From positions 1-63,327 of the IMG/VR virus record IMGVR_UViG_3300025325_000020: a stretch of 63,327 bases of DNA. One strand, given 5' to 3'. The notes beneath the pieces are model-generated. The model was not told the origin of the DNA. It saw only the letters and a program-made list of their open reading frames with translations, and did no database searches. The translations under genes and the position numbers were made by a program. The DNA is from a virus. Taxonomy: Duplodnaviria; Caudoviricetes. This document shows, in pieces, positions 55,874-63,327 of the stretch; the first letter of the stretch is position 1, and the number at the start of each line of letters is the position of its first letter.

Positions 55874-56403
55874 TGTACCGCCTCGAGCTAAGCCAGTCCC
55901 AGGAGATTACCTTCGTCATGATCGACGCGGCCGGAAATGAAGTGGCCGGGCTGGGCAACACCTTCATCCTGGAATTGCGCAAGCCCGGGGGCGCGTTCGT
56001 GGGCTCGGCCGGGGTCAAGGCCGAAATCGGCAATGGCTGGTATTCCTACGTCACCACCGCCGCCGAAACGGACACCGTCGGGCCGCTCTCGGTGCGCGTG
56101 ACCGGGGCCGGCTGCGTGCAGCAGAACCTGGAATACGTGGTCGAGACGCGCGCCATTAGCGCCATCGAGTTCACTTACACCGTGACCGACTCGGTGACTC
56201 TCTTGCCCATCGAAGGCGTGCAGGTGTGGATCGCCACCGACCTGGCCGGGGCGAATATCGTATGGTCCGGAGACACCGACGCCTTGGGCATAGCCCGTGA
56301 CGACCTGGGCGCCCTGCCGCGGCTCGATCCGGGCGCGTATTTTTTCTTCCGCCAGAAATCGGGCTACACCTTTGTCGATCCTGACACGGAGATCGTGAGC
56401 TGA
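55873..56403 (+). CDS. Two-domain beta-sandwich structural protein
   Basis: 'EIGNGWY.Y...ETDT.G'; carboxypeptidase-regulatory-like second half. Confidence 0.55.
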   Translation: MYRLELSQSQEITFVMIDAAGNEVAGLGNTFILELRKPGGAFVGSAGVKAEIGNGWYSYVTTAAETDTVGPLSVRVTGAGCVQQNLEYVVETRAISAIEFTYTVTDSVTLLPIEGVQVWIATDLAGANIVWSGDTDALGIARDDLGALPRLDPGAYFFFRQKSGYTFVDPDTEIVS

Positions 56404-56404
56404 T

Positions 56405-57559
56405 ATGCCATCTTCAGGAACTGGAACCGGCACTCCCATCTCTCCCCCCGGCCCCGTCCCTCCGGGAGGTACGACGGTCTGCCTCTACCCCGGGCCGGGC
56501 AGCCTGGCGCTGGAAGAGAGCGCGGTCAAGCTGCCGCGCTACGCCGCCATCCTGGGCTACCGCGAGTGCGCCTTCTTCGGCGTGGAGCACCCCGACAACC
56601 GGCTCTACGACTGCCGCACGCTGTGGACCAAGCCGCAGCGCGATATGGCCGCCAAATACCTGGCAGAAGCGCAGGAGGAGATCGAGCAGGTGGTGGGCTA
56701 CCCCCTGTCCGTGAAGTGGTTTACGGACGAGGTCTACCCCTACCGCTTCCCGCTTATCACCGGGCGCAGCCACGCGATCGCGGCCGGGGTGCGGGCCGAG
56801 AGCGATATCGCCCTGGGGGCGGCAGTGGCGCATGCCGCCGATCCGGCCGTGGTCACGGTGGCGACCACTTTGACTGCGGCGCAGCTCTCCGAGGCGCACG
56901 TCTACCACCCTGGGACGGCCATTGAGATCTGGCCGTCTTGCCTGACCCTTTCGGGCGGCTTCCTGACCATCTCCATCCCGCGCTGCCGCATGGTCAAAGA
57001 GTCTTTCGCCGATAACGACGAAAACGGCGTGGACTACGCCGATACCACTCCGGCCGGGCCGTTCGAGCAAACGGTGGACGTGAAGCGGGTCTACACCGAC
57101 CCGTCTACCCAGGCGTCGCTCGTCTGGCCGCACGCCTCGGGCTGCACCGGCGGGGCCTGCTGCCCGACCTGCGCCGAGTACACGAAAGCGGGCTGCATGT
57201 ATTTCAAAGACTTGGATCTGGGCATCGTGGACGTGCTGCCCGGCAGTTATTCGGGCGGGGCCTGGACGGCGGATCGCTCGTGCTGCTCGAAGCCGGCTTA
57301 CGCCAGGCTCAATTACGCCGCCGGGCTTTCTACTTTGCCCCGCCAGGCGGAGGACGCCATCGTGCGCCTGGCGCATGCCAAGATGCCGGAGGAGCCCTGC
57401 GGGTGCACGGCGGCGCTGCGACTGTGGAAGCGCGACACGCACACGCCGGAAGTATTGACGCGCGAGCGCATCAACTGCGACTTCGGGCTGAGCGATGGAG
57501 CCTGGATCGCCTACCGTTTCGCCAAGGCGATGAAGCTCATGCGAGGCAGTGTGCTATGA
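56405..57559 (+). CDS. Head-tail connector protein, Cys-rich
   Basis: 'AQEEIEQVVG', 'Y.AG...P...AIVRLA'. Confidence 0.65.
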   Translation: MPSSGTGTGTPISPPGPVPPGGTTVCLYPGPGSLALEESAVKLPRYAAILGYRECAFFGVEHPDNRLYDCRTLWTKPQRDMAAKYLAEAQEEIEQVVGYPLSVKWFTDEVYPYRFPLITGRSHAIAAGVRAESDIALGAAVAHAADPAVVTVATTLTAAQLSEAHVYHPGTAIEIWPSCLTLSGGFLTISIPRCRMVKESFADNDENGVDYADTTPAGPFEQTVDVKRVYTDPSTQASLVWPHASGCTGGACCPTCAEYTKAGCMYFKDLDLGIVDVLPGSYSGGAWTADRSCCSKPAYARLNYAAGLSTLPRQAEDAIVRLAHAKMPEEPCGCTAALRLWKRDTHTPEVLTRERINCDFGLSDGAWIAYRFAKAMKLMRGSVL

Positions 57560-58053
57560 GCATCACGGCGACCGCCATCCTGCCCAAGCCCATCGACGGC
57601 GCGGCCATGCTGGAGGAGATGAAGCGGCAGCTCGAGCTCTACAAGCCGTTCATCAAGCGCGACTTCGAGCAGACCACCCGCACCTGGAAAGGCGAGAAGC
57701 CGGTCTTCGTGGTGGTGAAGTCCGTAAAGGGCAGCGAGCTGAGGCTTTCCTTGCGCGTGACCGGCCCGGAGAAAGGCAGGAAGAAATGGTGGTGGCTGGA
57801 GAGGGGCACCCCCGTGCGCTACGCGGTCATGTCCAAGGACTTCGAAGCCAAGACCGTGCCCGGCAAGGTCGTGAGTTACCTCGGCAAGGGCGCTGCCGTG
57901 CACGTCTCGAAGCTGCACCCGCGGCCGGGCATAAAGGCGCGCATGTGGCGGAAGGCCATCCGCGACGAGCACGTCAAGCCGTTCCAGTCCTGGATGGCGA
58001 CTGCCATGCTGCGCGCGGCGGCTGCCTCCGGGCACCAGATGAAAGGCAGGTGA
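57556..58053 (+). CDS. Neck/tail-completion protein (HK97 gp10-like)
   Basis: 'WLERGT...PGIKAR'. Confidence 0.65.
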   Translation: MSITATAILPKPIDGAAMLEEMKRQLELYKPFIKRDFEQTTRTWKGEKPVFVVVKSVKGSELRLSLRVTGPEKGRKKWWWLERGTPVRYAVMSKDFEAKTVPGKVVSYLGKGAAVHVSKLHPRPGIKARMWRKAIRDEHVKPFQSWMATAMLRAAAASGHQMKGR

Positions 58054-58102
58054 TATGGGCAACGCAACAGAGCCGCTTATGGGCAACGCAAAGGAGCCGC
58101 TT

Positions 58103-58450
58103 ATGCACGCAATCAACCTTATCAAGACCGACGGCCAGGCGGCCTTAGTCGAATGGGCGGAGGGGGGCATTCCTCACCGGCGCATCGTGCCGGCTGCGGC
58201 CATCTTTGACAACGCCTGCCCGCCGGAAGTGCTGGACGAAGGCATCCCCTATGGACTGGCCTGGTCCGACCTGGTGGAATTATCCGCTTCGGCTACGGCG
58301 CTGGAAGAGAATTTACACAAGGCCGGCATCTGGACCGGCGCAGACTTACTGGCAAACGTCAAGGCAGCCTACGGAGCGCTGCAAGCAACTTACGGAGTCG
58401 ATCTGGCTCATCTAATCAAGCTGGCTAATGACCAGCGCGGAGGAAAGTAA
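58103..58450 (+). CDS. Hypothetical tail-module protein
   Basis: AAGGAG RBS; alternative starts at 58055 and 58079 in the tandem repeat. Confidence 0.55.
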   Translation: MHAINLIKTDGQAALVEWAEGGIPHRRIVPAAAIFDNACPPEVLDEGIPYGLAWSDLVELSASATALEENLHKAGIWTGADLLANVKAAYGALQATYGVDLAHLIKLANDQRGGK

Positions 58451-58451
58451 C

Positions 58452-59930
58452 ATGGCAACCGAACCTTATGCGTTAACGCAAGAGATGGGCGCGGTCTGGA
58501 TCCAGCCGGAAGGGCCCAACACCAAGCCGTATTACCTGGGCTGCGTGGACGGCGGCGATGTCGCCGAGACGTTCAAGACCATCGAGTACGGCTACTGCCG
58601 CCAGCCGGACGGCTCCTGGAAGACGATCAGCCGCTCGTCGGGCGCGCCGGAGAAGATCACCACGTCGATCGACAAGATCCTGTTCCCTGACAAGGACCGC
58701 CTGGACGACCTGGCCAACTGCCCGGTGGTGCTGCACTTCCTGGGTCGCGCCGCGGGCCGGGCCGACCTGTTCGGCAACTTCGACCGGGCTGTCTCGATCT
58801 ACCCGGCCGATATCGTCAAGCGCACGGACAAGAACTTAGTCCACCACCTGGACGCCAACACGTCCATGGCGACCCTGGACGTGGAAGCGGCCCCGCCCGC
58901 CACGCGCACCGGCAAGATGGTCGCGCGGAGGCAGACCACGGCCGAGCTGCTGGCGCTGAACGATGTATCGTTCTGCAATGCGGGGCGCTGCGCGGGACCC
59001 AACGGCGCGCAGCAAAGGCCGGGTAAGGACGGCTTCGTCGCCTGCGATTCCGCAGTGGGACCGGCTACGGCCAACTTACTCGCCACCGACGACGGCGGCG
59101 ACAACTGGGCCGCGGCCGCCGCCGATCCCTTCACCGATGCCGGGCTGAATGTCCAGTCTTCAACCTGCTTCTACATCGACCGCAATACCATCCGCTGGCT
59201 GGTCGCCCTCCAGGCCCCGGCCGGCGGGCAGGGCAGGATCGCCTACTCCGACGATCTGGGCGCAACCTGGACGCGGGTCAGCATCGGCGGCGCGGCTGCC
59301 GGGCACGGGGCGGTCGATAGCGGCGCGCTCTTCAGCCTGGATATGTACCATATCTGGCTGGCCAGCGCCGGAGGCTATATCTACTTCTCCGAAGACGGCG
59401 GCGTGACCTGGACCGCGCAGGAGTCGGGATCCTTGACCGTCAATGACTACTACGCGGTGTGGTTCGCCGACGAGAAGTACGGCATGGCCGTCGGGGAAAC
59501 GGATGTGGTCGCGTTCACATCCGACGGCGGCGAGAACTGGGAAGCCGGCACGGCAACCGGAAGCGGCGCCAATTTGCAATGCGTGACCTGGAGCCAGGGC
59601 TTCTGGTGGACGGGGGACGCAAGCGGCAACCTGTACTACTCCAGCGACGACGGCGCGTCCTGGACCGAGAATACCCGCTTCACCGGCACCGGCACGGGCG
59701 ACGTCGCCGATATCCAGTTCTGGAACGCCCTGCTTGGCTACATGGTGCACAACGTGGGCGGGGCGGGCGAGATCTTCCAGACCATCGACGGCGGATACAC
59801 CTGGAAGGAGCTGGATCTGCCTGCCAACAGCGGCTTGAACGCGGTCGAGATCGCCGACATGAACACCATCTACGCCGTGGGCGAAGCCAACGGCGGCACG
59901 GGCGTCATCCTCAAGGTGACCTGGGGATAA
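58452..59930 (+). CDS. Probable major tail (tube) protein fused to an Asp-box beta-propeller
   Basis: Position before the chaperone and TMP; GGAGG RBS; six S/TxDxGxxW repeats. Confidence 0.7.
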   Translation: MATEPYALTQEMGAVWIQPEGPNTKPYYLGCVDGGDVAETFKTIEYGYCRQPDGSWKTISRSSGAPEKITTSIDKILFPDKDRLDDLANCPVVLHFLGRAAGRADLFGNFDRAVSIYPADIVKRTDKNLVHHLDANTSMATLDVEAAPPATRTGKMVARRQTTAELLALNDVSFCNAGRCAGPNGAQQRPGKDGFVACDSAVGPATANLLATDDGGDNWAAAAADPFTDAGLNVQSSTCFYIDRNTIRWLVALQAPAGGQGRIAYSDDLGATWTRVSIGGAAAGHGAVDSGALFSLDMYHIWLASAGGYIYFSEDGGVTWTAQESGSLTVNDYYAVWFADEKYGMAVGETDVVAFTSDGGENWEAGTATGSGANLQCVTWSQGFWWTGDASGNLYYSSDDGASWTENTRFTGTGTGDVADIQFWNALLGYMVHNVGGAGEIFQTIDGGYTWKELDLPANSGLNAVEIADMNTIYAVGEANGGTGVILKVTWG

Positions 59931-59953
59931 GCCTGACTGACGGGGAGCGTCCC

Positions 59954-60075
59954 TTCTGAAATACCGTACACCGGCTGCCAGCCTTCCGTGCTCCCCCGGA
60001 ACGGGGTTGGCGGCCGGTGTACGGCCGAAGGGGTACACAGAAACTGGATGTACCGGTCTGTACTACCCCTTCGGC
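59954..60075 (+). terminator. Two long tandem hairpins after the tail tube gene
   Basis: CCGTACACCGGCTGCCAGCC/GGTTGGCGGCCGGTGTACGG and GCCGAAGGGGTA/TACCCCTTCGGC. Confidence 0.5.
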
Positions 60076-60090
60076 ATGGGGAGCAATGCA

Positions 60091-60735
60091 ATGGCGAAAG
60101 GCCACGGTAAGACACTGAATATCCCACCCGGGCCGGGCAATGGCCGCGGGCCGCGCGACGCGTTCACCACGTCGAAAGGCATCACGATCAAGTTCAAGCA
60201 GCCGGACCATTACCTGTTCCAGGAGCTGCTGGCGACGCGTGAAGAAATAAATCCGCCGACGTATGAAGTCGAGACTTACGGCGGCGGCAAAGAAGTCAAG
60301 ACCTACGACGAGAAAGCGGTGGAAGAGACCAACACCGAAGAAGCCCGTTCAGCCTGGGCGTCGTACAAGGCGAACGCTGCGCGGGCCGGGGCGGCCTTCG
60401 CCGCGCGCCTCTTGACTTTCATGGTCCTGGAAGGGGCCGATATCGAAGCGCCTGAACCTGATTCGGATCATGAGTGGGTGCGGCGCTGCAAGCGCTACGG
60501 CATCCCCATCCATGCAGACGCCGACGACCGCAAGATCCAGTACGTGACCACGTACTGCTTCGGAGTAGAGGAGGACGCCACCGACTTCATGAGCGCCATG
60601 TTCGGCTTCATTGCCCAGGAGGACACCGCAGCCGCCGCGCTGAAGGCCACCTTTCGGGCTGCGGTACAAGAAGCGCGCGCTCGCCGAATGTCCGAAGCTC
60701 GCAAGCGACTGGTCGATATCGTCGGACCTGCCTAA
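60091..60735 (+). CDS. Tail assembly chaperone (gpG-like)
   Basis: Between tail tube and TMP. Confidence 0.7.
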   Translation: MAKGHGKTLNIPPGPGNGRGPRDAFTTSKGITIKFKQPDHYLFQELLATREEINPPTYEVETYGGGKEVKTYDEKAVEETNTEEARSAWASYKANAARAGAAFAARLLTFMVLEGADIEAPEPDSDHEWVRRCKRYGIPIHADADDRKIQYVTTYCFGVEEDATDFMSAMFGFIAQEDTAAAALKATFRAAVQEARARRMSEARKRLVDIVGPA

Positions 60736-60952
60736 CATCTTCCCCGATCTCGACGTGGCGCACTTCTGGCGCATCGAGAATCCCCTGGATTTTTGGGGGC
60801 TGCCGGTTGGAGCCAGGACGCTCATGAAAGCCTACGCCTGGGCGGTGGCCGACATGCGCGCGGTGGAGGCCTACGAGCGGGAGCAGGAAGCCGAGAAACG
60901 GAAGGCGGAGGCCCAGGCGCACGCGCCCAGGGGCCGGAAACGAAGCAGATGA
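60653..60952 (+). CDS. gpT-like extension, probably reached by +1 frameshift
   Basis: +1 frame open from 60644; ACC-TTT-CGG site; ends in ATGA overlap with TMP. Confidence 0.6.
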   Translation, partial: FGLRYKKRALAECPKLASDWSISSDLPNIFPDLDVAHFWRIENPLDFWGLPVGARTLMKAYAWAVADMRAVEAYEREQEAEKRKAEAQAHAPRGRKRSR

Positions 60953-63327
60953 CCACACCCAACGAAGTCGGACTCGATGCAGTCTTCAAGACCGAGAAGT
61001 TCCAGGCCGGCTTGGCGCGATATATCGCCGGGCAGGCCCAGGCGCGCGCCTCCACCCAGGCTACCGCCGGCCACATCTCCAGCGTCGGCGGAGGCATGGC
61101 GTCCGGCTTCGGCGCGGCCATCTCGGCCCTATCCGGTCCGCTGGGGTTTATAAGCAACCTGATCGGGTCCACGCTCGGGGCGGCCATCGGCACCCTGACG
61201 GGCACGCTGATCCCAGGTTTGCTTTCGGGCTTATCCGATATCGCCTCAGGGGCAGTATCCGCCGTCTCCGAGCTGCAACTGCTTACTATCACGCTAGAGT
61301 CTTTGTCCGCGCGCGAAATTTACGTGTCGGGCGGAGCAGCTTCGATGACAGACGCCCTGGCCCAAGCCGGTCCGATGGCGGATGCTCTTTTGGGATCACT
61401 GCGCGAGCTTTCGATTATTTCTCCATTCGAATACAAAGATGTAGTCAATGTGTTTCGGTTAAACATGGCATTTGGGCAATCATCTGAGACGGCCCTTGAA
61501 CTGACAGATGCCATTTTGAACATGGCCGCAGGAATGGGCTTAACCGGACCATTCCTGGAGCGCATTGCTTATAACTTCTCACAAATGAATCTGGTTGGCA
61601 AAATCACTGCAATGGATATGCGCCAGCTAGGCCAGGCCGGGATAGACCTTGGCCGAATTTTGAGAGAAGAATTGGGCGTGTCTATGGAGGAAGCCAACGC
61701 AAAGCTCCAATCCGGGTCTATTACTTTCAAGGAAATTTCCCAGGCTTTTGTAGATTATGCAGAAAAGAACGTAGGGAATGCGGCCCAGCGCGCTTCTCGT
61801 TCCCTCTCCGGTCTGGCGTCGTCTTTCCGTGATCTGCTCTTTTTTGCCTCCGCCGACTTATTTGGTTCGGCCTTCGGCACGATTGGGGATGCGCTCGGCA
61901 CTGTCTTTGATAAGGCCAACGAGTTCGCAAGCTCGGGCGTGCTGCAAATGGTGGGGGCAGGCCTCGATGTGGTCGCGCAGCAAGCCGTATCCGCAGGCGG
62001 GTCGATCCTGACCTGGGCCGGCTCGCTCTTCGATGGGCTTAACGTAACCTTCGAGGACATTGCCGGGGCGGCTTTCGACTGGGGCGCGAATATCGTGCTG
62101 ATGCTGGCGCAAGGCATCATTGCCGGAGCCGCCGCCGTGCTCGACGCCTTACTTTTTATCGGCAACATCATCGCCGCCTGGCTGGGGCCCGGCTCGCCTC
62201 CTAAGATCGCCCCCGATCTGCCCGAGTGGGGGCGCGCCGCCATGCAGGAGTTCTTAGGCGGCTTTGCATTAGCCACCGGCGAATCGCTCCAGAAAGCGGC
62301 CGGCCCGCTCGAAGCCTGGGGCGATACCGCCCTCAACGCGCTCTTCAAAGGTTTTTCCAGCGCCGACTTCGACATCTTCGACTCTCTTCTCGGCCCGCTC
62401 GAGCAAGCCCTGGGTGTGATGCAGAAGCTCGGTGACGTGACCGAGGCCCAGGTGCGGGAGACCCTGGGCAGCATCTCGGAAGTTATGGCGCAGGCCCTGG
62501 CCGAGTTCGAGAAGACCGGGCAGGTGGGCCCGGAAGTATTCGACGCCATCCGCGCGGCGGGCGGCGAATTAGGGGACGAATTAGCCGACCTCCTGCAGAA
62601 GCAGCTTGATTTAGCGGCCGGAGTGAAGAAAGTCGAAGCCGCCGAGAAAGCCCTGGACGAGGCCCGCCAGCGCCAGGAACAGGCGACCCAGGATGTCTCA
62701 GACCTGACTTCCGAGTATAACCGCATGCTGCGCGCCGGAGCCAGCGACGAAGCCCTGCGCCTGAAGCTGGAGGAGATCAACGCGGCCGAGAAAGCGCGCG
62801 GCGAGGCCGCCGGCCAGGCCGACGAAGCCGAGCGGGCCCTGGAAGCGGAGAAAGAGCGCCAGAAAGCCCTCCAGGAGTCTGTCAAGCTCCAGGAAGAGCT
62901 TCTTCGGCAGCTCATCGAGCTGGCCCGCCAGCAGATCCCGCCCAAGGAAGGCGAGGAGACCGGCGGCGGTGGTGGGGGAGGCGGGGGCATCGAGCCGCCC
63001 GAGTTCGCCCCGCCCGAGATCCCCGGCGTCGGCCAGGGATTGGGCGAGATCGAGAAGAAAGCCGCCGCGTTCAAGGAGCGCATCGAGAAGCTCTTCGAAG
63101 ACCTGTGGTCCAATATCGCCCAATCCATCGAAGACTCGGAGATCGCCAAGAAATGGGAGGAGCTGACCAAGGAGGCCGAGAGCATCTGGAACGAAGTCTG
63201 GCCGGTGCTGGAAACCAAGTGGGCCGGGTTCTGGAGCCTGCTGGATATCATCTCCGGCATCGTCCAACCCAAGGTTTCCCAGAACATCCAGGACATCGGC
63301 ATCGACCTGCAGGACATCGCGTCGAAG
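60949..63327 (+). CDS. Tape measure protein, N-terminal part (1168 aa if joined to 1-1128)
   Basis: Tape-measure domain ('SPFE...MAFG...IAYNFSQM...GK....DMRQL'), coiled coils; not in the ORF track because it has no stop in the window. Confidence 0.92.
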   Translation, partial: MTTPNEVGLDAVFKTEKFQAGLARYIAGQAQARASTQATAGHISSVGGGMASGFGAAISALSGPLGFISNLIGSTLGAAIGTLTGTLIPGLLSGLSDIASGAVSAVSELQLLTITLESLSAREIYVSGGAASMTDALAQAGPMADALLGSLRELSIISPFEYKDVVNVFRLNMAFGQSSETALELTDAILNMAAGMGLTGPFLERIAYNFSQMNLVGKITAMDMRQLGQAGIDLGRILREELGVSMEEANAKLQSGSITFKEISQAFVDYAEKNVGNAAQRASRSLSGLASSFRDLLFFASADLFGSAFGTIGDALGTVFDKANEFASSGVLQMVGAGLDVVAQQAVSAGGSILTWAGSLFDGLNVTFEDIAGAAFDWGANIVLMLAQGIIAGAAAVLDALLFIGNIIAAWLGPGSPPKIAPDLPEWGRAAMQEFLGGFALATGESLQKAAGPLEAWGDTALNALFKGFSSADFDIFDSLLGPLEQALGVMQKLGDVTEAQVRETLGSISEVMAQALAEFEKTGQVGPEVFDAIRAAGGELGDELADLLQKQLDLAAGVKKVEAAEKALDEARQRQEQATQDVSDLTSEYNRMLRAGASDEALRLKLEEINAAEKARGEAAGQADEAERALEAEKERQKALQESVKLQEELLRQLIELARQQIPPKEGEETGGGGGGGGGIEPPEFAPPEIPGVGQGLGEIEKKAAAFKERIEKLFEDLWSNIAQSIEDSEIAKKWEELTKEAESIWNEVWPVLETKWAGFWSLLDIISGIVQPKVSQNIQDIGIDLQDIASK

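Larger units (their letters stand above)
1..63327. mobile_element. Complete temperate tailed phage genome (siphovirus-like), circularly permuted
   Basis: Terminase, portal, protease, capsid, tail, tape measure, lysis, recombinase and replication genes all present; tape-measure ORF joins in frame across the window ends; no sheath gene recognised. Confidence 0.93.

Noticed and set aside
61755-63317. Long antisense and alternate-frame ORFs (also 26439-27995, 49432-50745, 120-1157, 13209-14303)
   Set aside because: Shadows of well-supported genes in GC-rich DNA; no motifs or RBS
1-63327. Stop-codon recoding, DNA polymerase, helicase, spanins, tail sheath
   Set aside because: Standard-code ORFs tile the genome, and no motifs for these proteins were recognised; divergent versions could be missed

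Overview
The window looks like a complete, circularly permuted ~63.3-kb genome of a temperate tailed (siphovirus-like) phage. The tape-measure gene starts at 60949, runs 793 codons to the last base and continues in frame into base 1. The host is probably a monoderm, plausibly Chloroflexota (inference from the SH3b endolysin, no recognisable spanins, and Pro/Thr- and Ala/Thr-rich membrane proteins). Layout: tail tip and lysis (1-7.4 kb, +); a leftward replication/accessory operon (7.8-18.7 kb, -); tyrosine recombinase, tRNA-Thr(CGT) and control region (18.7-21.5 kb); a rightward early/middle operon with SSB-like, Cas4-like, ParB, Dam-like, two Mom-like, HNH, DUF5131 and RusA genes (21.5-36.2 kb); and morphogenesis genes with a GpA-type terminase (36.3-63.3 kb). 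Best leads: (1) a methyltransferase-sulfotransferase / double-GT2 / epimerase / MptE-like set inside the head module, a candidate virion glycan-sulfation system; (2) a 16-bp palindrome YGGAAG-N4-CTTCCR at five mostly intergenic sites; (3) a candidate small RNA complementary to the structured leader of the main rightward promoter, suggesting RNA-based immunity; (4) several closed-end structured RNAs and an RBS-occluding switch; (5) a beta-propeller-fused tail tube and a +1 UUU-CGG tail-chaperone frameshift. All calls come from reading motifs by eye; no searches were run.
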